Shown one piece after another: positions 24,352-36,654 of a stretch of DNA of 64,000 nt (position 1 is its first letter; each line of letters begins with the position of its first letter). The DNA lies in contig OX597815.1 of assembly GCA_951406725.2 (NCBI GenBank), positions 2,790,001 to 2,854,000 of the forward strand, written 5' to 3'. Position numbers and translations under genes: made by a program. The notes under the pieces were generated by a model, which saw only the letters and a list, made by a program, of their open reading frames with translations, had not been told where the DNA came from and did not search any database. This stretch comes from Octopus vulgaris (Eukaryota).

Positions 24352-25083
24352 ATATATGTGATTAAGGACTGGTTCCCTAGATGTCCCTGTGTCTCACAGT
24401 AAAAATCCCTTCAGTTATTTCTCTAACAATAGTTAGGCCTCATAAGATGGAAACAAATTTTGAAATTTGTTTACCAGTATTTGATTCTGTTCAGTTATTG
24501 TTGAGTGATGGATGAAAGCCTCACATTCCCATTGTTGACTTATCTAGGTTGGTTGTAAGTCTACTGTCAACCCTATTTAATTACAGGTTGTGCTGAGCAC
24601 TCATATCTTTTATCTTTTACTTATTTTGATCATTACGCTGGGGCCTTGAAGAATTTTAGTGATTCTCGTTCCCAAACTTTCATTTCATGTTGGTCCAGTC
24701 CACTAAGCTGCAATGGAATAGCCTTCTGATGAGAGGGAGGGTTGGCCTGCTTGCCTAGCCAGTGGGGTGACATCAGTCAAGAACTAAATCGATGCAGAGT
24801 GTATTTGTGACCAGCAATGTAGAACATGCAATAGTCTGATTGATCACGTGAGATAGGACGTGTAACTTTGGAAGAATATGTTTGATAATATCAGGAAATG
24901 TGTACAAACAAGGTTTATAACTGAACTTTTATCAAATTTCTAGGTACTTATAGAAAATGATGAAATAATGAACACTAATTTTCGAAAGAAAAATATGTAT
25001 TACCTTAGAATATAATAAAACAAACAAATTTCTCATTTGAGTAACTCTTCTGTTATCTACACCTTTTCTGATTCTGTGTGGTG

Positions 25084-25450
25084 CTCATTTACTCATAGCC
25101 TGTATTCAAGCCTAGTATGTGTACCTCATTTACTCATAGCCTGCATCCAAGCCTAGTATGTGTACCTCATTTACTCATAGCCTGCATTCAAGCCTAGTAT
25201 GTGTACCTCATTTACTCATAGCCTGCATCCAAGCCTAGTATGTGTACCTCATTTACTCATAGCCTGTATTCAAGCCTAGTATGTGTACCTCATTTACTCA
25301 TAGCCTGCATTCAAGCCTAGTATGTGTACCTCATTTACTCATAGCCTGCATCCAAGCCTAGTATGTGTACCTCATTTACTCATAGCCTGTATTCAAGCCT
25401 AGTATGTGTACCTCATTTACTCATAGCCTGCATTCAAGCCTAGTATGTGT
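25084..25450. repeat. 41-bp minisatellite, 9 copies
   Basis: Unit CTCATTTACTCATAGCCTG(C/T)AT(T/C)CAAGCCTAGTATGTGTAC, no spacers. Confidence 0.97.
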
Positions 25451-25782
25451 TCTCTTCCAGTCTGTATGTTAACTCTGTATCCCTCATCTATCTCTATACG
25501 ATGTAATAATGCATGACTGGAGAAAGCAACCAATATTTATATCGGCTATTATCATAGAGACAGACAGACAGACAGATAGAACTAAGTTTGCGAGAAGTTG
25601 AGAAAACGACACCCATTTCCATGGTTACTTGTTTATCGTTTTAATTCTGATGACCGGCCAGTGGGGAGCCCTCACTTTCAATATCTCCGCATATACGGAC
25701 CCACTGTTATCAGAAACATGTGGCAATGGGGTGTGTGTGTGTATATATATATATACATATATATATATATACATATATATAT

Positions 25783-25937
25783 CAGTGGCTGTATGGTAAG
25801 TAGCTTGCTTACCAACCACATGGTTCCGGGTTCAGTCCCACTGCGTGGCACCTTGGGCAAGTGTCTTCTACTATAGCCTCGGGCCGACCAAAGCCTTGTG
25901 AGTGGGTTTGGTAGACGGAAACTGAAAGAAGCCCGTC

Positions 25938-25989
<52 letters not shown>

Positions 25990-26225
25990 TATATGCGTGT
26001 GTGTGTGTTTGTGTGTCTGTGTTTGTCCCCCTAGTATTGCTTGACAACCGATGCCGGTGTGTTTATGTCCCCGTAACTTAGCGGTTCGGCAAAAGAGACC
26101 GATAGAATAAATACTGGGCTTACAAAGAATAAGTCCCGGGGTCGAGTTGCTCGACTAAAGGCGGTGCTCCAGCATGGCCGCAGTCAAATGACCGAAACAA
26201 CTAAAAGCGTAAAAAGAGTAAAGAG
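25783..26225 (+). mobile_element. SINE family A
   Basis: Homologous to 3801-4184. Confidence 0.9.
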
Positions 26226-27212
26226 TGTATATATATATATATATATATATGTAACACTTGCGATAAATAAAATAAATGGTAACCTATTATTTATAGTTGT
26301 CTGCTCACCAACTAAGGACTGGGTTTGTCCGTTAACAGGAAACAGAACGTTCAGTTCAGACAGGCGCCAGAAATATCTTCTGGTTTGTTTACCTTTTAAT
26401 AAGTACACAAACATTAACTAATCACGCACGAGTTGCCAGACAAAGTGAAGAAAACACGAGAAACTATACAATAATTCCTTTATATGTGATCAGGCTTAGA
26501 TGACTGGAACTTCGAAGTCACAGTCAGTATTATTCATGTTAAAGAATAATAAAATGTTTTACTCTACGGAAAGTTTTGAGTAATCCTTCAGTTTCATGTA
26601 AAATCGTTTTTATTATAACATAAAACAAATGCTATATTATATAATATATATATAATATACAAACACACACACACACTTATGTTGATCGTTATCCTATTGC
26701 AATAATTAAGACAAGTAATTTCCGATAATCTAAACATCACAAACATTTTATAAAGCATATCACTGCCAAATACGTGTTTAATTCATTAAGTTACAAAACC
26801 CATTAATTAAGTTACAAAACCCATTTGAGAGCAGCTTGGGTATTGATATCATATGAAAAACAATATTTACGATATTTATTTTCTCCCCAGAAATTGTTAT
26901 TTAAGTCAGAAAAACTATATTTTTTTTATTCAACTTTGTAAAAAAAAAAATTCTTTACTTTTTTTTTAAATTTTTGCCGACGAAATGTAAATTCTTACCC
27001 TGTAATTTGCCGACTTTGATAGCAATTAATATCTATGAGGAAACGAAATTAGTAGAATTGGGTGTACAGTTGTATAGGTATGCATGTGTGTGTGTGTGTG
27101 TGTGTTTCGAAATCGTTCAAACGTGTAAGTTTTGTTTATATTTAGTTTTATAAGCTGAAAACAAACAAACAAGCAAAAACTTAAATGTTGATTATAAGGT
27201 GTCGGTGCTTAC

Positions 27213-28148
27213 CTCACACGTTTCCATAGCTTCGACAGTTCTACCCATTTTCCGATTGCAGTCCGATACCCGCTGGTTTAGTAAACGTTGGTACCGGCTT
27301 GCTGCCGGGGTAACCGGACAAAGTTGCGGGCCACTGCGTGTCTCGGAAATTTTCGGAGTTTTTAAGTGTCCATAGGCACGTTTATACCAGCCAAGGGCCG
27401 AGAAAGTGTCACCTAATGAAAGGAACATGTCACCATACCCAATGCAGACCAACATGGCTAGAATCGAATCGCATCTGGCATTGGCAACTTCCAGTGCTAC
27501 GTCATAGTGTTGTAAGGCTTTTGGGAATTCTCCCAGACCGACATAGGCCTGCGCTTGTGTCAGATAGGCATAACCATGCAGCGGCAGATGAGAGATGCTG
27601 GCAACGGGGCTGAGGGTTACTGCCAGCGGGGAGTAGTGGCGAGGCAGAGTGGTCAGGTCACTCGATCCGTTACCGTTTAATAACATTTCCGTCTGGATAC
27701 AGTGATGGCTATAACAAATGGCTTTGTGATATTCGCACAGTTTCACGTTGCTCCGAGCTAAATTCAAGTAAGCAACGGACAAATGTTTCCAATAAAATTC
27801 GTTCGTTTTACGCGTCTTTTTACTTTCTTTCTTCACTCTTTTATTATTATTACTCTTGTTGCTCACTTTTCTGTCTTTTCGGTCTTTTCTGTCTTTTCTT
27901 TTCTTTTGTTTAGCTTGATATCTGGCAGTGATTAAATTCAACTGGGCCACGGAATTCAGCAACATTTGCTTGAGTCTGCCTGCATCTTCGTGGGCCCTCA
28001 AAAGGTAACCAAGAATTTCGAATTTTTTGCTATCGTCTTTCACCCTGGCCAATACAGTTTGCCAAGTTTGAACAGCTTCGTCATAGCGGTGTTCATCATA
28101 CGCTCGAAGTCCTTTCCTAATCTCTGTCCTCACAAGTTTTTGGCCCAT
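27213..28148 (-). CDS. RAPSN: Rapsyn-like (43-kDa receptor-associated protein of the synapse), first coding exon, 312 aa, TPR repeats
   Basis: MGQ start (Gly2 myristoylation), I.KGL..Y, F.ILG.L..AH...GR.K.ML, YLNLARSN.KLCE.HK.I.Y, GL.EF.KAL and AME.CE all align with vertebrate rapsyn. Canonical phase-0 donor GAG|GTAAG at 27213/27212; the ORF tail VSTDTL* is intron read-through. Confidence 0.92.
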
Positions 28149-28319
28149 CTCACAATTTGTCTGTTTTTCTTCCTCTTTTTGTCCAGTCTTTTAATTCACT
28201 CTTGCTTTTTTAAAAGCAGACTTAACGACTTGGATGTCTCCAGTTCGCGATGTTGTTTGGACCGTGCTCATGAGGACGTTTTACTCGTTTTTATGTAAAT
28301 ATTTTCTCTGTAATTCCTA

Positions 28320-28337
28320 CACGTGACCTAAAAATAA
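28320..28337. promoter_or_regulatory. Adjacent E-box (CACGTG) and MEF2-like site (CTAAAAATAA) about 180 bp upstream of the rapsyn ATG
   Basis: Motif match only, in an AT-rich background; may lie within the 5' UTR. Confidence 0.2.
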
Positions 28338-30511
28338 TATATTTATCATTGTCAATTACAGTTTGTAGCAAATAAATATCGATTATCAGCGACCTTTGTT
28401 AGTAATAGTAGTAACACTAGTATTAGAAGCAATTCTTTGCTGACAGAAAACAGGTTAATTTTTAAAGCGATGACCAACCGCTTTAATTCTTGGTTATGGT
28501 TATTAAAAATATATATCCACAGGTTTTTATATATCACAGTAGTTTCAATCTCATACAACTTTTAGTCGGGGGAATTTTTTCCAAACTTAAATATCACTGA
28601 AAATACAAATTATCGTCTTTGTTTCGTTATTAGTAACATTTAAATAAATTTCTCTATCGGTCAGTTCTATAGAATATGGTTTTAACAAGTAGTTCTAGAA
28701 ATAAATACAAATATTCAACAAGATATTTTTTGAAAAATTAATTTCTTCAACACGCACACACACATAGAATTAAAATAGATTTTATTTGTCAAGCTCGAAT
28801 TAAAAACGAAAACTTGGAAGCTAATAACACTTTACTTCACCTCCTCCTGTCCCGTCTCTAATTTATATATTTGTCAACAAGTTTACAGCCGGTAACTTGC
28901 TGGAATGGTTAAACTTTTAAAGAATTCTTCTTCAATGAATCTACCCACTTTGATGGCTCGTTTCTGCTCCCTGTTCCCTTTCGTTCAACTTTATTTACCC
29001 CTCCACTCATTATCTGAAAGCTCTTATCAGTATTAGGGAGCTACTTAAGAAGTCTTTATTCTTCTTATATATAAATATCTCCCCCAGTCTTCTTTTGATA
29101 CCATTCCAGTCCCTGCTGCTACTTAATGCCGTCTTTATCTTTTGCCTTAGTTTCTCTTTCTTAGGTACAATTTACAAATAAATTCTTCCACACTTCGCTT
29201 TCTTTCACCTGCTTTCTCTCTCATTCACCCAATTCTAATATTGTCATTAACACATTTTTAATTAACAATTTAACTTTATAATTACACAGTTAAATTCACA
29301 ATTTTTCAATCTGCTTCCACATACAACTAAGACGTGTTGAGGTGGGAACTTCAAAGCGAGAATTATCACAAGGAGGGGGTTTTCCCTCAATTCTTTAACC
29401 AACTTGCGCTTTTACTCCTCGGTCGACACTGACGTATCACAGAAAGCCAGAGATACGTTACCGTTATTCAATCTACATGAAAAACAAGACTAATATGAGG
29501 AAGCCATCAGGTCGTAGGAAGAGGCTAGTTTCCTTTTCTTGTTTTTCTCGACGTCTTTTACTCAAAATTTCTCGATGTTCAAAGAATTTGTCGTCTTATT
29601 AGACAAAACAAAAAATTCTTGATATTCGCTTCTCTTCACTATGACATGTATATATATTTTTCATTCCTTGTTGTCAATGAAAACGATAATCTTTTATTTT
29701 TATTTTCCATTCGTTCAACAATTACTTTTTTTTTTTTTTTTCGAAAGGTTTCTCTAATTATAAGAAGTTATTTCGGCAATCCTTGTCTTAAACCGAAATT
29801 AATATCTCCTGATGAAGATTAATTATCTCACTTTTACTTAATGCTTTTATAGCGAGATAGACCTTTGTTTCCCTTTTATACAGAATGTCAGTTTTATATT
29901 TTGGCGAAGAAGAAATAAAGACATCCAAAATGATAATTAAAAACGGTAGATTCCAAGAGAAAGAATGATAATTACTTGTTAATTACTTAGATAAATAAAT
30001 TTCCTCGAAATCTTCGTAATCACAAAACAGAAATCCGGTGGTACCACACTTAAACACACAAGCGAGGGTAGTTTACATTCTAAAAGACTCTTCAAAAATC
30101 GATGTAGAGTTCTTGATAAATATTTTTTCTTCTTTTTCATCGGTGCCGTCAAACATTTGGTAAAGAGTGCTGTGTAATACGAGGGACCATAGTAAATAAT
30201 ATTAACGAACCTTGTCTTTTAGGGTTCGTTTATTTAAAAGCACCATTCCAACAATGTAATTCATTTTGGCAAAATCTTTAGTTTCCTTTTTTTTTATTAA
30301 TATATTTTTCCAACTGTTTTTTTTTTTTATCGAAATATATTTTCTTTTTTTTTTTTAAATAAACTGATAATTCCTCGGAGTTTTGTTTTTAGAAATATTT
30401 TTATGTAAATGTGCTTTGCTTTGTAACCCGGCTGTCAAGAATTCTGTTGTGTTCTGACATTCTTTGATTTAGTGACAAATATTGGTGGGAAAAGACTCGG
30501 TGATGTGTGTT

Positions 30512-30554
<43 letters not shown>

Positions 30555-31520
30555 GCCGCTGTTGTTCTTCTTCTTGTTGTTGTTTAACAACTGTTGCCAG
30601 TCTTCATACTTCCATCACTGCTAACTATTTGAACCAAGTTCGACTTGTCTTATTTTTTTTCTTCGGCTGCAAAAATCAACGTGGGTAGTTTCTCTCTCTC
30701 TTTCTTTTGTTCTCTTCTTACTGTTTTTTTCCTCTTTCTTTCTCTTCTTTTTGTCTTCTTCTTTCTGTTATTTGTTATTTTATTAATATTTTTTTTGGTT
30801 CTTTCTGTGTTTGTTGTTGTTGTTGTTGAAGTTGTTAGCTGTCGAGTCTTTTTAGTTTTTGGTCCCTGACAATTAGACACACACACAGCACACGAGAAGA
30901 AAGTGCGAAGGAAGAAGGAATGAGAGAAGAAACGGTGCAGTGGAATGGAAGGAGCAAACAGCGAAGAAGAAGAAGAACAACAACAACACAGTGTGTGTGT
31001 GTGTGTGTGAGTGTGCCACCCGATGGTGGGGGTAGGGTGGGTGGTAGTAAACTATTAGAACAGTTTTCTCACTCCTATTCTTTCTTCACCCTTCTCCTCT
31101 TCCTTCTCCCGCTAAGCACCATCAACACCATCGCTTAACTACAACTCCTCCTAATTCTACTACTACTGCTATACTACTACTATTACTACTATCACCACCG
31201 CTACTACTACCACCACTATCATCGCTGCTACCAATTTTCGGACTATTTTAAGGACGGAAAAGAAAAAGAAGAAAAAAAAGAAGTAAAATAGATCCTATTT
31301 TCTTTTATTTAGTTTGTTTTCTGTTCTTGTTGTTATTGTTGTCTGTTCTGGTCTCAAAGATTTCGGTTTTTCTTGATGCTGGACATCATTTGTTGGTTGT
31401 GTTTGGTGAGGTTTGGCACTGGTTGTCTGTGTTTAGTGTTGCAGACCTGGCAGCCAACAACAACACGGCACTGTACTACAGCTGGACAGCTTGCTTCACG
31501 ATGCTAATTTAAAACGATAG

Positions 31521-32282
<762 letters not shown>

Positions 32283-32283
<1 letters not shown>

Positions 32284-32528
32284 TTTGGTTTCAAATTTTG
32301 GCGCAAGGCCAGCAATTTCGGAGGAGAGGTAAGTCGTCGATTATATCGACCCCCCCCCCACCCTCACTCCCAGTGGTGCACAGCTGATATTTATTTTATC
32401 GACCCCCCACCCCACCGAAAGGATGAGAGGCGAAGTCGACTTCGGCGGAATTAGAACTCAGAACAAAACGTTGAAACGGTCGAAGTGCCCGCTAAGCATT
32501 TTGTCTGGTGCGCTGACGATTCTGCCGG
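32283..32528 (-). mobile_element. SINE family B
   Basis: Homologous to the 10415-11541 units. Confidence 0.75.
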
Positions 32529-32567
32529 TGATGATGATGGTGATGATGATGATGTCTTTATTTGCCA

Positions 32568-32790
32568 TATTAAGGCGGCGAGCTGGCAGAAAGGTTAGCA
32601 CGCCGGGCGAAATGCGTAGCCGTATTTCGTCTGCCGTTACGTTCTGAGTTCAAATTCCGCTGAGGTCGACTTTGCCTTTCATCCTTTCGGGGGTCGATAA
32701 ATTAAGTACCAGTTATGTACTGGGGTCGATGTAATCGACTAAATCCGTTTGTCTGTCCTTGTTTAGCCCCTTGTGGGTAGTAAAGAAATA
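32568..32790 (+). mobile_element. SINE family B, full length, 17-bp TSD
   Basis: Head GGCGGCGAGCTGGCAGAA..GAGTTCAAATT, Meta/MESC-like GTCGACTTTGCCTTTCATCCTTTCGGGGGTCGATAAA. TSD GATGTCTTTATTTGCCA at 32551-32567 and 32791-32807. Confidence 0.9.
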
Positions 32791-32852
32791 GATGTCTTTA
32801 TTTGCCACAGGGATGTCATATGAGGGGGACATAACGAAAGTTTATAATCTGT

Positions 32853-32890
<38 letters not shown>

Positions 32891-32992
32891 GGGATGCATA
32901 AAAAGTTGAGGATAGAGAAAGAGAAATGAGGGCGAAAAGGTAAAAGTATAATAATAATATTAATAATAATAATAGTAATGATGATGATAATA

Positions 32993-33160
32993 GGCGCAGG
33001 AGTGGCTGTGTGGTAAGTAGCTTGTTTACCAACCACATGGTTCCGGGTTCAGTCCCACTGCGTGGCACCTTGGGCAAGTGTCTTCTGCTATAGCCCTGCT
33101 AAGCCTTGTGAGTGGATTTGGTAGACGGAAACTGAAAGAAGCCCGTCGTATATATGTATG

Positions 33161-33191
<31 letters not shown>

Positions 33192-33382
33192 TTGTGTGTC
33201 TGCGTTTGTTACCTAGCATTGCTGGTGTGTTTATGTCCCCGTAACTTAGCGGTTCGGCAAAAGAAACCGATAGAATAAGTACTGGGCTTACTAAAAAAGA
33301 ATAAGTCCCGGGGTCGAGTTGCTCGATTAAAGGCGGTGCTCCAGCATCGCCGCAGTCAAATGACTGAAACATGTAAAAGAGA
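32993..33382 (+). mobile_element. SINE family A
   Basis: Homologous to 3801-4184. Confidence 0.9.
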
Positions 33383-33532
33383 AAAAAGAAAAAAGAGAAT
33401 AATAATATAATGATGATGATGATGATGATGATTATAAACTAGTTCTTGTAGTAGTCTTGTTTGTGGTGGTGTTGGTTCTGTGATGAGGGAATCAGATTGG
33501 GTTTGTTTTGTTTTTGTATTAACTATTAATAC

Positions 33533-33749
33533 TAACATAAGGGACTAAAGCCATCTGAATATGGCTAGGGACAGGGCAGGGTGGTGGGGGTGTTACTGTT
33601 GCATTTAGCCCCAGGCGAACATCGACGTCACCAGAAAGGCTCGAGCCTTTCTGGTGACGTCGATGTTCGCCTGACAAATGCAACAGTAACACCCCCACCA
33701 CCCTGCCCTGTCCCTAGCCATATTCAGATGGCTTTAGTCCCTTATGTTA
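33533..33749. repeat. Near-perfect 217-bp palindrome with zero spacer, centred on CTC|GAG
   Basis: 74-bp perfect outer arms, a 5x2-nt internal loop and 31-bp perfect inner arms. Confidence 0.97.
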
Positions 33750-34234
33750 TCGAGCAGTTACTGTCTATATCCCTTTTAGAGAATTATTATTGCTATTAAT
33801 ACTAATTGTACGATAAAATATGACGGTAGAGACCTCCATACGGCCAGTCAGTCTGCTAGATATAACAACCAAATCTTCTTCAAATAGCATTCTATTGCCT
33901 TAAAAAAAAAGGGACAACTGGATAACGAGAAAAAGACATTAGATATACACTACGTCTGAAAGGAAGAAGAATATACTGGATGGTCACGACTAGAACGCTT
34001 TTGATAATGAGGTTACTCGGTCAAGGCTGACCAAGGACTAAGCAACAACAATAGCTATTGCTGTTAGGAAAAGAAAGTCTCTACGTGGCTTCGGTTTGCT
34101 AGAAATAGCAGTCAAATGTCATTTTGTACACAAATTATGGTGGGGGGGAGGCGGGATGGTCATGACTTGAAAGAATTTGATCATAAGTTCACACTGTCAA
34201 AATTGGCCTACCACTACCACTATTAATTATAATA

Positions 34235-34417
34235 ATGATCCTTTCTACTATAGACACAAGTCATCCCCAACGCTCAGCTGGTACTTGGTTTATCGATTCC
34301 GAAAGGATGAAAGTCAAAAGTCAACCTCGGCAGAATTTGAACTCAGAACGTTTTTAAGACGGACGAAATGCCAAGAATTTTTCCCGGCGTGCTAACGACT
34401 CTACCAGTTCACCGCCT
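34235..34417 (-). mobile_element. SINE family B, degenerate
   Basis: Homologous to the 10415-11541 units. Confidence 0.7.
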
Positions 34418-34434
34418 TCTTCTTCTTCTTCTTC

Positions 34435-34435
<1 letters not shown>

Positions 34436-34501
<66 letters not shown>

Positions 34502-34552
34502 CAATAATAATAATAATAATAATAATAATTAAGAATAATAATTAATAATAAA
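34436..34552. repeat. (AAT)n microsatellite
   Basis: Read directly. Confidence 0.95.
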
Positions 34553-35106
34553 TGCATTGATGCAGTACCAAGCAGTGGCTCTCATGGCTTCTGATCTTAG
34601 CTGATTGGAAGTATTATCATATACTTTGTTTTGTCTTGGTATAAAAGATGGGCTACAGCAAATATTCTGCTCAATACCACAGATTTGCTTGTCAGTTGTT
34701 TGACCGTAACCAGTTGAGCATGTCCCTTAGTGGCTGACGATATGTGCATCTCTGATCACGAGCAGAAGTAGTGGGGGAGCATCATAGCTGTGTTGAGAGG
34801 GATTCTTTGGGGTTTGAATAATTCACCTCTGGAAACATGGGTGTTTCGTTCAACATCCTTAAACAACCCTTATTCAGGGACCTTTTGAGCGGGATGGGTT
34901 ACTCGACCTGAAGAAAATTCTAACTGGGCCCCACCTGCAAGGTCATATGCTGTTTATCTTGATATGAGATCACCATGTCGCGCACATATGGTTGTGATGC
35001 ATGTGCCTAGTGTACCCTTATCAGACGGGTAGTCATGATGGGTATGCTGGGCTTCGTATATATGTACCCCAGTGTCACTTTGATGGCATGCACTGCTCTC
35101 TCACTC

Positions 35107-35380
35107 AATAATAACAATAACAGGGATTTCCATATTGGACACAAGAAACAAATAGGGACAATATAACACAGGACAAGTGGGGTTTGGAACAATTAACAAT
35201 ACAATTCCCGGAAAGGAGTGAGCAACATAGGAACCTCACACATCCTGGTTACCCCTACCGCCAGGTGTACCTCGTCAGGCGCCCTTCTCCTTCTCAACTA
35301 CTCTGGTTTACATGTGAATGTTCAGAGCAAGCCCATTCACAAGGGCCATCCTCGCCACACTCGCCCACCTTTCAACCAAA
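35107..35380 (-). mobile_element. Tx1/L1-clade LINE 3' end, second copy
   Basis: Minus strand GAAAGGTGGGCGAGTGTGGCGAGGATGGCCCTTGTGAATGG..TGTAAACCAGAG aligns with 8984-9110. Confidence 0.7.
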
Positions 35381-35570
35381 ATACTGGGGTGGAGGTGGGT
35401 ACAAGACTGGACCAATATTACTTTGAAGATGATCAGAGGGTGGGGAGGGAGAGTGATTTCATATATCCCGTACATGCTTGGATTTTGTCCCGGGGGAAGC
35501 TAAACTCAAGACCCTGGAAATATTTGAACCCAGGAATAAAACAAAGCAAGAAAACTAAGTAAATGAACAC

Positions 35571-35933
35571 AGGCACAGGCTCTGTGGCTGTGTGGTAAGA
35601 AGTTTGCTTCCCAACCACATGGTTCCTGGTTCAGTTCCACTGCGTGGCTATAGCTCCTACTATAGCCCAAGACCAACCAAAGCCTAGTGAGTGGTTTTTG
35701 TAGGAGGAAACTGAAAGAAGCCCGTCGTGTGCGCGATTGTGTGTGTGTTCTTTTATTCTTTCACTTGCTTCAGTCATTTGACTGTGGCCATGCTGGAGCA
35801 CCGTCTTTAGTCGCGCAAATCGACCCCAGGACTTATTCTTTGTAAGCCTAGTACTTATTCTATCGGTGTCTTTTGCCGAGCCGCTAAGTTACGGGGACGT
35901 AAACATCGGTTGTCAAGCGATGGTGGGAGGACA

Positions 35934-35997
<64 letters not shown>

Positions 35998-36151
35998 TCT
36001 TTCAGTTTCCTTTTATCAAATCCACTCACAAGGCTTTGGTCGGCATGAGGCTATAGTAGTAGACACTTGCCCAAGGTACCATGCAGTGGGACTGAACCCA
36101 GAACCATGTGGTCGGGAAGCAAGCTTATTAACACACAGCCACTCCTGCGCC
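35571..36151. mobile_element. Two SINE family A copies in opposite orientation (head half +, full copy -)
   Basis: 35571-35730 (+) and 35750-36151 (-). Confidence 0.85.
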
Positions 36152-36654
36152 TACATATGTATGTATGTATATATATATATATGAATATACATGTGTATGT
36201 ATATTTCTGTATGTATGTATATATATACACACACACACACATGTATATATGGGTACAGGACATCACTAACAGTAAACAACAAGAAATGCGAAAACAAATG
36301 AGGTCAATACGCAAACAACGAGAGAAACAAATGGAAAACAGGACAAGTAACATAAAGAACGACCCTTCATCAGCTGTCGGTTGTCTATCTACTCCTCATT
36401 TCGAGCATTGAACGACAATATGAGTATTCGAAGACAGTTGCTTCCATAAATACCAAAATATAATTTGGGATTTATGGAGGGTCAAAGTTGGGAACAAAAA
36501 CAGGACAGTGGAGACATACAAGGAAACCGAAGGAAAACAAATATGGAGGGTCGTTGGCTGGATGGATGGACGGTCGGTCTGTCTGTCGGTTACCACATAA
36601 TGTAAAATTAACGTTTGAATTCGAAGCAAACGAGCGAAGCTACAGAAAGGAGAT

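Noticed and set aside
25084-25450. CRISPR-like array
   Set aside because: Contiguous near-identical units with no unique spacers, in a eukaryotic context.
29809-29830. CTGATGA followed by a short stem
   Set aside because: No downstream GAAA and no stem I, so not a hammerhead.
33519-33799. Two nearly identical ORFs on opposite strands
   Set aside because: A direct consequence of the DNA palindrome.
36270-36480. Minus-strand CTGATGA in a pLTR-like A-rich tract (similar at 12480-12640)
   Set aside because: I could not assemble consistent stems I-III around a GAAA; may be a decayed PLE remnant.
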